A stretch of DNA of 39,329 nucleotides from Craspedostauros australis (lineage: Eukaryota). Positions 24,801 through 36,408 of this stretch are shown in pieces. Position 1 is the stretch's first letter, and the number at the start of each line of letters is the position of its first letter. A program made the position numbers and the translations under genes. The stretch is from positions 1 to 39,329 of the forward strand of contig JALAGF010003472.1 in NCBI GenBank assembly GCA_030167865.1. The letters run 5' to 3'. The notes under the pieces are model-generated. The model searched no databases. It was not told the origin of the DNA and worked only from the letters and a program-made list of their open reading frames with translations.

Positions 24801-27679
24801 TCGGAACTCTCGTGGATGTAGAGCGTGACTCGAAGGATCCGCGCAGCGGCAAGCCGTTCGTCGATCCTGAGGGCTTCCCCAACTCGTACGTGCGAGGTGC
24901 TTCGCAGCTCCATCTGAAGGTCGGGGCCCATGTGGAGCCGTCGAAGGATAGCTCGGGCAGCGGCATATCGAAGGGAATTCAGATGCAGATCTATGCCGAG
25001 CCCGTCATCCCGGAAGGAGGCATCGCGTTTGGGGGGTCCGTGACGATGAGAATCGTGGAGAACGAGGGTCAATTCCGGGAGTTCGTCAAGGATATCGCTC
25101 TCGACGGCAGCCGTCGCGATTGGGGCAGCGTGACGCTGCATGCCAAGCCAGTCACATCACCAAAAGCGCAGATGGCTGCAAGCGGCATCATCGAGGCAAC
25201 ATCGACAAAGCAATCTCGCAGCGACAAGAACAACTCGCGAAAGTCCAAGGGCCTGCTGGCGGCATCGTCGGGCAGTCAGGGGGCGTTCACTGAGGCTGGG
25301 ATACACAAGGGTGGATTCCAAGCAATCGAACTGATCCGGCTGACCAACCTGACACCGCTGCTTTGGATCCGAGTGGATCCTAGCCATCAGTATGCCGGAC
25401 AGATCGCAATCTCGCAACCAGACGCTTGCCTCGCAGAACAGCTCTTCTACGATGGTGATGCAAGTGCTCAGCTGGATGCTTTGCGGTCCTTAGCGGAGAG
25501 GCCATTTCGCATTCAAGGGTCTGTCAAGATCTCATCTGTGCACGATGTCCCCGTCTCTCAATTGCCCGTCCGAGTTCTCGGTGATTGCTTGCGCGGGTCA
25601 GCGGCGGTCCACAGCTCCCTCCCACACACGCCAGCAGTTCGCATGCATGCGGCTCTGGCCATCGCACAGTGGCAGAATGTTCAGGCGCCAAGGAGCAAAG
25701 AGCTGTCGGGTGAGGTCCACTGGACTGGTCTGTACCTGCTCATCCAGTACTTCCGAGAACGGTACTACAGCAAGGGCAACGTCGTCCCTGTGCGATTCAC
25801 AAGGACCGTGCTGAAGAAGAATATCGAAGCGCAGCAGGCGAGCGCGTCCTCGGAGCAAGGCAACGCTGGGGCGACGAATACCGAAGATGACTCCTACGTA
25901 TACCTGGATTCGTTCGAGGAGAGCGAGGACCGCAAATCTGCTTGCGCGGAAGCTGCAGAGATCGACCTGGAGGAGGACGAAGAGTACAGGGTCCGATCTG
26001 CCGTCATAGTCGCGATTGCCTCCATTCGAGCCAAGGATGGCAAAACACCAGACGTGGCGATCGAGTTCCTCGAGACCGTGCTGGGAACTGGCGATATGGA
26101 CAATGCCTTGAACTTCGTCTTTCCAGATGAATCGCCAGCGAAGAAGGAAGTTCCGCTGAATGATGAGGAACCGTCGGAAAATGACAAGATGCCAACACCG
26201 CCGAAGCCGTACGTTGCGAGCATGCTGATCGCCGACTCGCTGTTGGCACTCGCGTCGGTCAATGCAAGCCCGACGTTCATCACAGACCCCACAACTGGCA
26301 AGGCGGTGCAATCAAATGCGAATCACCCAGTGGAGAATCTCATATCCTTGGCCAGAAAGTGGCTTGATTGGGAGATTTACCGAGATAGCATACGGTGCGA
26401 AGTCGAGGCGGACCTGTGCTCCGGCATTTCGGGGGCCTGCCATGCCCCGATCGCAGCAGCAGCCATCACGGCCCTTTCCACCCTGGCAATTCTTCGCCAA
26501 AGCACCACGGACCAACAGTCGAAGCCGATGCGGACACCAGACGGGCCGTCATCATCGGAAGCATCAGGGCAAACCGTCGACCATGCGTTGGAAGAAGCCA
26601 CGACTATGAAGTTCTACGTCTCAATATTCGAATCGAGCCGTGTGCGGTCGGATGTCACGAAAGCAGCGTGCGCACAAGCAATCGCATGCATCTGCTGTGC
26701 GGCTGATCGATTCAGCCACGACTCCCAAAAGCCAGTCGGTCTGCTGACAGCGCTGGAGTTCATCTTTGACAAGATCGTCGAACCTTCAACCTCCATGAGC
26801 CTGCGCCATACACTCGCGCTTCTCATGATGGATGCTTGCACCGGCAAGATTTGCAGCATGCAGCGCATCGCTTCCATTGGCGGTCGCAATGATCTGTATT
26901 CAACATCGTCGCGCTTCTTCAGCGGAGCGCTGGGCGCCAGCTACGGCGCTGAGAATGGGGGTGCCTGCATCAACACCGTCAACGCGGCGTTTCATCCAGC
27001 CGCAACATCCGTCAATGATGGCGCGCGCCGTGGACTCCGCTTACTGAGTAGAGCGGGGCATCCCAAGGAAAGTGGGATCGAGGAAGCCATCATTGTTCGC
27101 ATCGCCACGTTCGCCACGAAGCTGTGGAGGACCATCAACGGAGAGAAACTGGCGCGCACGAAGAGCTCCCCAGGCGTTGCGAATGGATACGCCGGCATAT
27201 GCAGTACCGATGGATATCTACGTTGCGCGTTGCTCTCTCTGTGGCAGTGGCTTTGGCCACGCGGGTGCTATTCTGTGATGCAGGTGCAGTTCGCCGAAAA
27301 CCAAAATCCGGCTTTGTACAAGAAGTTGGGATCGGAGAAGGTGATGAAAACGAGCAAGCTGGAGAAAGAACGAGCATCTGCTGAGGAGGCCTCGTTATCC
27401 GGAATGAGCGACATCGTTGACCGAGAAAGGGATCGGCAGCTGTGGCGAGGCGAGATGGCGATTCATGCGTACGAGTACAAGAAGACGCAGAAAAATCGAC
27501 AGGATCCAAACCTAAATGCACCAGATCAGCTCGATTGGCAGCCACTGCCACCCATCCAGCGGGATCCTGCTTTCAAAGCAGGGGGTTGGATTGTGTCGTC
27601 GGCGCAGCAAAGGCGGGCCATGGCATTGGACGGCGGCAGCGCAGTGACGAAGTTGCGGTTAAGAAAGAGCGGTGACTAA
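21802..27679 (+). CDS. TAF2: Transcription initiation factor TFIID subunit 2 (M1 aminopeptidase-like fold); exons 21802-23812 and 24027-27679 (1887 aa)
   Basis: GPRCWLPTLDS and PLLWIRVDP....I...QPD....EQLFYDGD..AQLDAL..L match conserved TAF2 blocks, as do VR..AALA and FL. Intron GTGAGT...ACCAG; 2011+3653=5664 nt. Confidence 0.88.
22279..22314 (+). repeat. Perfect 12-bp tandem repeat (GGTGACAATGAT)x3 encoding GDND in TAF2
   Basis: Direct reading of the sequence. Confidence 0.9.
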
Positions 27680-28136
27680 AGCGAAAGGCATGACTATCTC
27701 TACTGGCGTGTAAACAGCACTATTTTCTGCCCTCTATTTTTTCTCTGCTCTTGTCTATTCTGTGCCCGTAAGATCTTTTCTTTGCTTGGACTATGGTTTG
27801 AGGCATCGCATTTGCACTTTGCATGACGTTGAAGTTCGTGCTGCGAAGTATTATATTATTCTATATAATATGATGTTACATGTCATGATTGCGAGGGGTG
27901 TATGGCAGCTGGGTGGGATGGCCCTGCTCTGCTCTATTTGCCTTTCGTCTCGTATCGTATCGTTTGTCCTGTGTCCTGTGCCCTGTGTCTCCATATATGT
28001 ATGGTACGCCGCTGACTCTCCTGAGGTCCCCACTGCAGAAGGAGATCGGACGCGTACATATGTGTGCCTTTGATTCCTCCATCACACATGCCTTCATTGC
28101 CGCCGAGCAATCCCCGACCGATGGCACTCGTGGTCT

Positions 28137-28652
28137 CTATTTGGACCTCTTGTTCTTCTTCTTCTTCTTGCTGGAACTGTGATGATGATCACTGTTGGAG
28201 GATCCGTCATCGTCGCTGGCAACGTCGAACGTGATGGTCTCAAACAACCCATTGGCCTTTTCGGGACTCTCGAACTCTTCATGATGCACCCCGTTGATCT
28301 CCAGGACCCTGTCACCAACACTCACATCCGACGAGCCATCCCCGACCGAAGTGACTGCGTGCGTTGCAACGAATAACGAAACGAAGATGGGAAGATTCAA
28401 AGTCGGCCATGGTGAGTTAGTTGCCTGCACGTCAAGCGGCAGCAACGCAATTCGAGGCATCGCACACGTTCGCACCCTTCTCAATCACACTGTGCCAGGC
28501 ATCGTGTCAGGCATCCTGTTCCACGCTGGCCGTGTACCGGTACAAGTCGTTCACTCACTGTAGTAGTATCCATCCTTCCTCCTCTCAACTTCGATTCCGC
28601 ATTTCTTCTTGGAATGCCTCTTGACGCGGATCAGCCCGGAGTCGTCGCCCAT
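28137..28652 (-). CDS. Small PDZ-domain protein; exons 28652-28559 and 28354-28137 (103 aa)
   Basis: Spliced product MGDDSGLIRVKRHSKKKCGIEVERRKDGYYYITSVGDGSSDVSVGDRVLEINGV... has the PDZ pattern (GI.V, I..V, V.VGDR.LEING) and ends in a poly-Lys tail. Intron GTGAGT...CGCAG; 94+218=312 nt. Confidence 0.8.
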
Positions 28653-29188
28653 TGTATGGAACTATCACCGGCTCGTAGAGTAAGTTGCTCTGTTATTGTC
28701 AATCGTCTTCTGTGGAGATGTGAACGCGAGCATGAGCGTGGACTGACAACGTGGAACGGCGGTGTGCTTGGCTCGAATAAGACCAAACGGATGATGGTTC
28801 AGGCAGGTCGCTGATGCTGTTGTGCTTCAATCGTACTCGTAGTCGTATGGTACCACACAGCACTCTCGTCAACAAAGGACATCGAACCCGACAATGAGAA
28901 AGACCTTCATGGGTGGCAGAAAACACACGCGAGCAGGAGAGAGGCTGCGGAACACATCAACGAGCGAAAACAAAAAGTATCTTGTGTGTTGCGATGACCG
29001 CCCCGCGCAAGATCTGTTCGTGTCACTTTTGCCTCTCCACCGCGCGCGACGGAGAAACTTGGGACGGCCTTGCTTGGGACGCATGAGAAACTCCACACTA
29101 TTACTCAAGTCTAGATGCGATGCAGGTTCTATCTCGCCGCTGGTTGGCTTGGAACCGATGGACGCCTTTGCTACAGCTGCGAGCAGCC

Positions 29189-30883
29189 TCAAGATAAGCC
29201 AAGGTACGCCGTGATGGTTTTGAGCTTCCCATTCAGCAAATTCTGTTCCATGTCGATCACGCCTCCGAAGCCAACATCGATCGCGCTGTGGGCCAATCGG
29301 TATCCGTTTGTGTTGCGTGGTAAGAAATAAGCCACCATCTTTTGCTCACCCAAGGCATCATGCGCCAAACGAAGGAGCTCGATGCCATCGATTTTGACAT
29401 CCTTTGATGCGATATCCGCACCTGCAGTTGCTCCAAGTTGGATGCATTTCAAGTCGTAGTTGCGCTTGCCGACCAGTGCATAATCGATGCCGCCCCACGG
29501 AGGCGAAAGGAATACTGCATCCAACGTGTCTGGAAGCGAGTCGAAGACACCGTGAGAGATTCCACTCATGTACTGACGATGTGTCGCATGCTCATCTGCA
29601 TTTCCGCTGATATTCTCGTCTGTGGCGTCGGATCCACCGTTTCCTGCATCCGAAATGGTCTCCCTCTTCTTCTTCGTGCCATCCTGGTAGCTGTCCAGAA
29701 CGTGGCAAGCGTCAGCGTGCACGAAGATCATCTTGCTCTCCTCCACATCGTAGATCTTCGCATTGGCTGCGGCCCGGGCAAGTTTTTCCTTGTCCGTATC
29801 CACGCATATCACTTTGCCGACCTCCGGTCGCCGTGCCAATGCGATGCTGTTCCCTCCACATCCACAGAACGGATCGATCACGATGATACCTTCGTCGCGA
29901 TCCGACGGAAACGGTTGAACCATGCGCATGGCGATATGATTGGCTATGGCTTCTGGTGTCACCGAGTACCACGATTCCTTGTCCAGCTGTATGCCACTGT
30001 CAAAGCGCGAAAAGAGACGCCTGCGCTGTGACCAGAACTTGTCAGGGCAGATATCCTTCGGGTGCGGATTCTTGACTCCGTCTCCGCAATCGCCATCCGG
30101 GAGAGGCTTGAAATTCTCGTCTCCAGCGAAATGCTTGGCACGACCTTTCGCGCTGGAGCACCGCTTGAGGACGATCCATTTTCTGTTTTCCTCGTTGCTC
30201 TTGCGAGGGGCGTTCATCGCTACCATTGCGCTCGTTTCCGGATTCTTGTTGTTGTTTACATCCGCGGATGTCATGGCACCCGACGCATCCGACGTATCCG
30301 GCTGCGTCTGGATACCGGCGTCGCCAGCATCATTGCCACAGTCTGTTCCTGCTTGATTCTGAGCGGGCGTTGCCTTCGATCCGTCATCCATCGCTTCGTC
30401 TGTGTTTGCAATTTCTCCGGACTTGTCCAACTCTGCTCCAGTCGTAGCAACCTCAGGTGAATCGCCCTCCGCTACGTCATCTTGATCGTCTTCCATCGGT
30501 GTCTCGCTCTGCGCTTTCGTGGTCGTGTCGTCTGTCGCAGCCTCTTGTGCACCGCCGTTCGCGCGCTCGTCGTCGCCTTGGATGGCGCTCAGCACGGTCA
30601 GATGATTGACCTGGCGGTAGTCGTCCTCCAGCTGCACCCGCGTTATCTTCAGCACGATGTCAGGATCTCTCGGTGAGTCCTGTCCTGCATCGTCGCCATC
30701 ATGATGCATACGATCAGAGAGCTTGGTCTCGCGCGCTTGCTCGATCCAGAACTTCTCTATCTTTCGCTTCTTCCATTTCGTCTGGCCCGCGCGATGATGC
30801 TGTTTGCCTTTCTTGCCTCGATACTTGTTCTTGCCGTGATTCTTGCCGTCCTTTCCACCTTTGCTTCCTTTTGCTTTCGCCAT
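29189..30883 (-). CDS. TGS1: Trimethylguanosine synthase (RNA cap guanine-N2 methyltransferase), 564 aa
   Basis: Motifs KFWSQRRRLFSRFD.GIQLD.ESWYSVTPEAIA.HIA, IDPFCGCGGN, VFLSPPWGG and YFLPRNT. First ATG at 30883 (MAKAKG). Confidence 0.95.
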   Translation of the reverse strand: MAKAKGSKGGKDGKNHGKNKYRGKKGKQHHRAGQTKWKKRKIEKFWIEQARETKLSDRMHHDGDDAGQDSPRDPDIVLKITRVQLEDDYRQVNHLTVLSAIQGDDERANGGAQEAATDDTTTKAQSETPMEDDQDDVAEGDSPEVATTGAELDKSGEIANTDEAMDDGSKATPAQNQAGTDCGNDAGDAGIQTQPDTSDASGAMTSADVNNNKNPETSAMVAMNAPRKSNEENRKWIVLKRCSSAKGRAKHFAGDENFKPLPDGDCGDGVKNPHPKDICPDKFWSQRRRLFSRFDSGIQLDKESWYSVTPEAIANHIAMRMVQPFPSDRDEGIIVIDPFCGCGGNSIALARRPEVGKVICVDTDKEKLARAAANAKIYDVEESKMIFVHADACHVLDSYQDGTKKKRETISDAGNGGSDATDENISGNADEHATHRQYMSGISHGVFDSLPDTLDAVFLSPPWGGIDYALVGKRNYDLKCIQLGATAGADIASKDVKIDGIELLRLAHDALGEQKMVAYFLPRNTNGYRLAHSAIDVGFGGVIDMEQNLLNGKLKTITAYLGLS

Positions 30884-31671
30884 TGTTTCCGTACTTGAGA
30901 TGAATATGGAGACAGAGCAAAGAAGGGTGGGGAGCAGTTCGACCGACAATGGTGTTGTTTGAAGCTCTGCGATTGTTGTGAAGAGATTGTCAGTGATGGT
31001 TGGTTGTGGGAAATCCTGACTGTGATACGCTGTTCCATAGCGGTAAATATCTTATAAACTGTGTTTGTTCATCAGCACAATGTGTTTGTATAATAGATAT
31101 AATATAACCATATTGCCGTGGCTTACAAAGATCTCACATTTTCGTCAGATGCGTCTGAATGGCTGGTTGTGCCCGTCCGTTCTCTTCAAGCGACATCTGC
31201 AAATCATGCCTGCAACCCACATCTTCCAATTTCTGTTGGTATTGTGCGAAATGAAACTTCCGTATCGGAGTTCACGATTCCGTGGCATGACATCGTCGCG
31301 TGCCAGCGGAGCCTGTTGTGTTCAGGAAGCATTCAGCTTGAGGATCAATACTTGCAGAGCAGAGAATGGACAGAAAGCACATATCAGAACTACGAGAACG
31401 ACACTGTTGTACCATGAAGTAAAGATGATTTGAATGAAACTTTCTGCACAGATCTCGTGCGACAACGATGGTAACTGTAACTTACAAAACTTCATTGCTT
31501 GAGTCCTTGCCGTGACTCTCCAGAGAGTATGCTCGGGCGTGATGGCGGCAAAGGAAGGTGTAGAGTTAAAGGACAAGATCTCAACGCTGGAGGGGCATCA
31601 TGGTTTCCACGCAAGCAATAAACATAAGCTATTTGAACTAATGATTTCGTTTTCAAGGCACCAAGAATTGA

Positions 31672-31753
31672 GACACTGTGGCCGAGTGGTTAAGGCGAGA
31701 GATTCGAAATCTCTTGGAGTTTCTCCGCGTAGGTTCGAACCCTGCCAGTGTCG
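31672..31753 (+). tRNA. tRNA-Ser(CGA)
   Basis: GACACTG TG GCCGAGTGGTTAAGGC G AGAGA TT-CGA-AA TCTCT, long variable arm GGAGTTTCTCC, GTAGG TTCGAAC CCTGC CAGTGTC G, followed by TTTT. Confidence 0.97.
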
Positions 31754-32290
31754 TTTTGCCCCGTTTGTCAACGAAAATAGTCTCTGCGAGCGGCCATTTC
31801 TTTTAGTGCTGGTCTGATTAATTCCAGACCAAAGTATTGTATTCTATGGTACAGTACGAGTACACACTTGTGCCATGACAACGACGACACTCTTGGATTC
31901 CATACTTTAGTTCTTCTCTTTTTGGTGCTGTGAGTTTGATTTGTGTGTCCCACAATTGTTTCTCCTGCTCCTGGTTGCTCTACTTCGACATACCCGCAAT
32001 CCGAAGGCCACCGCCTCCGCAAGACCATCTCTTGATCATTCGCATCAATTGTCAACACGAGGACAGCACAAGTGCTCTTAGCGCGACGTAGGGAGTCTAT
32101 TTCTTACAGTATGCTATCATTCTATGTGATTATCATGCGCAATGATGGAGTAGAGTTATCCACTCGGATCGAAGACCCCCAAATTCACGCTCGATGGCTG
32201 CGCATTCTCCATCTTCGTAATGTGATGGGCCGATGTGCACACGCGCATTTCTTCCTGCTGTCGATGTCGAAAGCACAGGGCACACACATA

Positions 32291-33877
32291 TTAATTGCCC
32301 TTCGAAACACCAGCCGCCTCAGCCAGCTTCTTCATCATCTCCAACACCTCCTCCGGGCTGTTCTTCGTGAACTTTCCTTCCGTGAAGGCGGGACCGGCGA
32401 TATGCTTTCTGCACGTATCTCTGTCCAGGTACAGCGCTCCATTCTCGATATCGCTCTGCTTCGTGCCCATCAACCACGCGATACCTTCCGATCCCTCCCA
32501 CGGCGTTCTCAGCGGCTCCAGGAACTTCTTCGCACTTCCAAATGCCTCATCCACACCCGCGGTTGATGACCAACCAGGATGCGCCGACACCCACTTGATG
32601 TGAGGCCTCGACTTGGCATTCTCCTCGGCGAGAAGCACCTGCCCGCGCTTGGCATACGAGTAAGCGAACTGACCGTCGTATTTGTGACTCGAGCCATCCC
32701 CGTCTGTCGCAGTCGCCCAGTCGGGGAACTTCGCGTTGTACATCCCACCGCTTGTGACGTAGACGACGCGGGCGGAGTCCTTTGCCGCCTCCAGCTGGGG
32801 AAGCAGTAGCTCAGATAGAAGGTAGGATCCACCCAGCAGATGCAGCGCGAAGGTCAGCTCGTTGCCCTCCGATGTGGTCCTTCGTTCGTTCGCCAATACA
32901 CCAGCATTGCAGACCAGCACATCCACCTTCTCCTCCTTCGATTGGAGCTCCTTGACGGCGGTTCGCACCTGCGCCAGCTCCGAAAGATCAGCCTGTCGAT
33001 GTCATCATCATCATCATCAGCGACAGTACCAGTACCAGTGACAGTTTCAGAGATGCATATCGGGACATGAACATGTGAGTGTTTGGGCATGCGTACAGTG
33101 TGATTGCAACAACAAGCATCATACTCGCACAAGCCAACACAATCAAAGCCCCATGGTTTGCACTATCTGCGTGTGCAAAGTCAAGCAATGCGGAGCTTTT
33201 GCACTCCATCAGAGAGTTGCAGATCCCTTCCATGTTGCTCACTTACCAACAAAATGTCGACGCTATCATTCGATGTCTGCTCCACGATCTCGCTTCTCGC
33301 TTGCTCTGCGCGTTCCTTCGAACGACACAGCATGTAAACTTTGGCGCCCTTTGCTGCTGCGTACGTCGCAAGCTCTCTTCCGACTCCCTTGTTGGCGCTG
33401 CGGTGTGCGTATTGGTTCAATGAAATGAGGCCATATTATGCAAGATGGAGCATGCAGATTGTGAAGTTACATTGCAGCAAAGTCAGACAGATGAGTTGGG
33501 ATGAATGTGGCATGAGTTCGATGAGTTCGATGATGGTGCATAGGTAGAGCAGAGAGGACATCGAACCACCACAGCAACGCCATAGCATCATCAGAGCAGC
33601 CCCTTCAAGGAGAGCAACTCAGAATGAAAACAGACAGATCATTGATCCTCATGCGGCATCGAACTCACCCTGTCACGACGACGACTCGGCCATCCATGGA
33701 GACACCGTCTGCGCCTTCCTGACCGATGCCGATGGAGGCAGATGCTTGTGGAGGAGTGGCATACTTCTTGATGTGCTTGGCGTAGCCCGTCTGTGTGAAG
33801 TGCTGCTTGCCGTAGAGGAAGAATTGCGTTGATGAAATTGTTTGTCCCATGATTGCCAGGAATGCTTTGAGTCTCAT
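32291..33877 (-). CDS. DHRS12: Short-chain dehydrogenase/reductase, DHRS12-like; exons 33877-33669, 33397-33247, 32992-32291 (353 aa)
   Basis: Motifs VVVTGANKGVG, ADLS, VLVCNAG, VTSGGMY, YSYAKR (YxxxK) and HPGW.ST.GV, with N-terminal G...FT.TGY. Two GT-AG introns; 209+151+702=1062 nt. Confidence 0.9.
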
Positions 33878-34607
33878 TCAGGTCTGTGCTGTTGTTGGTT
33901 CGTGGTGATGTTGCGTCTGTTACTGTTGTTTTGTCTGTTGCTGATGTTATGACATCATCTCCAACGAAGAGAGATCTTTCTCGGTGGATCTGTTGGAAGA
34001 TGGCACACGAGGAAAAGTGCGCAACGTGTGCGAGGAGCCTGTGTTGCGATGTGGTGTGATGTGTGGAACGCGGAGAAGTGACGTTTCTCGGAACTTCCTC
34101 AAACATGATGATCGGTTGTTGTTGTTCCTGTTGGTTCTTTGATGGAGAACACGTCATCAGCAACATTCTGACCTGTCCGCCCTCACTTTTTCCACCACCT
34201 CCGAATGAGCGCAGACACGGACAAAGGGATGAAATGCAACGGATCGATGCATGACAACGCGCTGTGAGAACAGCAAGAAGTTGCAACCCTCCACGGAGAG
34301 TGGGAGGCACTTCGCGCTACTCATACGAGTACGCTGCGGACCCATCCACGATCGTGCCACTTTCATGGTGCGGAGAATAGTGTACACCGCGGGCAGCAGC
34401 TGTTGCGTTGTTGTTGATCAAGCCGTTTCTGTTCGTGTTTCCATACTCTACTGTCGTTTGCTTTACGTTACTCGTACGGCAATGGATTCTATATTTGAGT
34501 TGTTTCTATTGCATTATTATGTATCATTTGACAGCACTTTGCGGAGGAGTGGGGTGCCCTCTACCTTCTGCCGCATTTGCCTGTTCATTTCTCTACTCGG
34601 ACTCTCT

Positions 34608-35783
34608 CTAGTAGATGCCCGTCGACTGTCCCCACTCGGTGGATGCAATGTAGTTCTCCAATGCACCGCCCAAGTACACCGATGCGGCGCTCACCAACAG
34701 TACAATCCACAACGGTGTCGACTTCGTCTTCTTGTTCACGCTCAGCACGAATGGAACCGTGTACGAAAAGAAACCGAAGCATGAGGTCATCAGATGCAAG
34801 GCCTGGATGCCGGTGGATTGGATGCGGGATGCATTCCTCACGATGTTGAATGACTGGACGAAGTACAGCCATGGCCAGTGGCTGCCGAAGGCGCTTCCCA
34901 CGGCATGCGCACCAAGGCCGGATGCCAATCCTTGGCATGAGAACACGATGGGCTTCACTGACTGGTTCCATCCCAAGATGAATGGAACCAACGCCACCAG
35001 CACGGTCGGGAGGAAGGCCAGCATGACCTTCTTGGTGTTCGTTGGCGTGATGGCAGCAGCCAGGCCACTCATGCCGCCGCACAATCCCAGGCAGAAGACG
35101 AAGTTCGTCCATCCAGATGATGATTCCGATTTGGGCAGGTACACCCATCCGTCGAATTCGTGACCGACGATTTCTGCGAAGTTGCCGATGATTGTGATGA
35201 TGGCACCGATGGCCCAGAAGATGTCGGAGAGCGTTTGGTCTCGGCCTGTCCAAATCGCTGGCTGCTTTTTGTTCTGCGCGTTGTCGTGGTCGTTGGTCTC
35301 CTTGGCAGCAGCAGTGGCGTCGTTGTCCTTCTTGAGATCCCTCAAGGCCGGTCGCAGGATGGAAACCATGGAGAGCGGCGTGAGGCTGTTGAAGAGATGG
35401 ACCGCACACAATATGGGCCACAACGGTTCTGACATCCGTTCATCGAGTCTGGATTCCATGAGTGGCTCCAGTTGATAGGAGATGGCGAGCGATGCCAGGA
35501 AGCACGTGGCGATGGACTGGAACCATTCCAGGGTGAGCGCGGAGCTTCTGAGCGTCTGGACGGCCCCGTAGATGTAGAATGTCGCCAGGATGGGGACGAC
35601 GACCTCCAAAGACAGCAGATTTCGGAGGCCATCATGCAGCTGGGCATCATTCTGCTTGTCGTTGATGTGCATGGTGGTACCGATGGTGGTTGCCGTGATG
35701 AGGATGATGGCAGAGTTCATCTTTGCTGTGGTCGACATGGATGTTGTTGTTGTTGCTGGTGGTGTAGAGGAGGTGGCTTTCAT
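34608..35783 (-). CDS. Hypothetical multi-pass membrane protein (up to 391 aa)
   Basis: Intact long ORF with coding-like codon use and many hydrophobic segments. Start uncertain (several in-frame ATGs). Family not recognised. Confidence 0.72.
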   Translation of the reverse strand: MKATSSTPPATTTTSMSTTAKMNSAIILITATTIGTTMHINDKQNDAQLHDGLRNLLSLEVVVPILATFYIYGAVQTLRSSALTLEWFQSIATCFLASLAISYQLEPLMESRLDERMSEPLWPILCAVHLFNSLTPLSMVSILRPALRDLKKDNDATAAAKETNDHDNAQNKKQPAIWTGRDQTLSDIFWAIGAIITIIGNFAEIVGHEFDGWVYLPKSESSSGWTNFVFCLGLCGGMSGLAAAITPTNTKKVMLAFLPTVLVALVPFILGWNQSVKPIVFSCQGLASGLGAHAVGSAFGSHWPWLYFVQSFNIVRNASRIQSTGIQALHLMTSCFGFFSYTVPFVLSVNKKTKSTPLWIVLLVSAASVYLGGALENYIASTEWGQSTGIY

Positions 35784-36144
35784 GGTTGTAGAACTGAGGT
35801 TGTCGGTTCGTCCTGTTCTGTGCTGTACTATTATCGTTTGTGTGTTGCTTTGTTGGTGTTGCTTTGTTGCTTGTTTCGATTTGTGAGCATTCCGGAGGCA
35901 TCGCAGTTCAACAGGCCCGACTTCTCTCCCATCACATCCATCCCCTCAATTGCCCATAGGGTTGACGTGGTAAATCATGACCGTGCTGTGTGCACGAGTG
36001 CGTATGCATGCTCGGTATTGGATTCCCAAGACCACACCGCAAAGATCGCCACGACTTCTGCGTTCGCGTCAATGCCAGCATGTTCTCACAAAGAATGAAC
36101 CTGTGCGGGGAGTTCGTTGTCTGCAGCGTCGCTGGTTTGGTTGT

Positions 36145-36237
36145 TGTTAAAATAGCGCGCTGCGGAACCGAACCACGGAGCCAGTCCACGCCCTGCATGA
36201 ACACAAGAAATTAACGCTTATAACCCATGTCGCGACA
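36145..36237 (-). repeat. 3' LTR of the TRIM (93 bp)
   Basis: Identical to 36409-36501 except C36168 vs T36432 (plus-strand bases); adjacent to the PPT. Confidence 0.92.
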
Positions 36238-36245
36238 CCCTCCCT
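36238..36245 (-). other. Polypurine tract of the TRIM
   Basis: AGGGAGGG on the minus strand immediately precedes the TG of the 3' LTR. Confidence 0.8.
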
Positions 36246-36395
36246 AATTCTTGGATTCATGCCCTTGAGCCCCCCTATCATGAGGACCCCCCACACTCTA
36301 TCTTTATACTGCCGCTGTAGGCAGTCGGCAAGTTTCGGGTGTTTCTGTGTGTTTTCGTAGCAGGGGTGGGTACCAGCCGACGGAATCGAACCTTA

Positions 36396-36408
36396 GGCCA
36401 CGCTACCA
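36396..36408 (-). other. Primer-binding site, probably complementary to the initiator tRNA-Met 3' end
   Basis: Plus strand GGCCACGCTACCA is a tRNA-like 3' end with CCA, discriminator A and U72, as in eukaryotic initiator tRNAs ending ..GCUACCA. Confidence 0.8.

Noticed and set aside
2229-30883. Apparent cluster of RNA-processing/transcription genes (ELP5, DBR1, TAF2, TGS1, tRNAs)
   Set aside because: They are interspersed with unrelated genes on mixed strands, with no shared regulatory structure visible; likely chance without synteny data.
31118-31417. 99-aa GTG-start ORF between TGS1 and tRNA-Ser
   Set aside because: No ATG, no recognisable motif and no supported splice sites, so not called as a gene.
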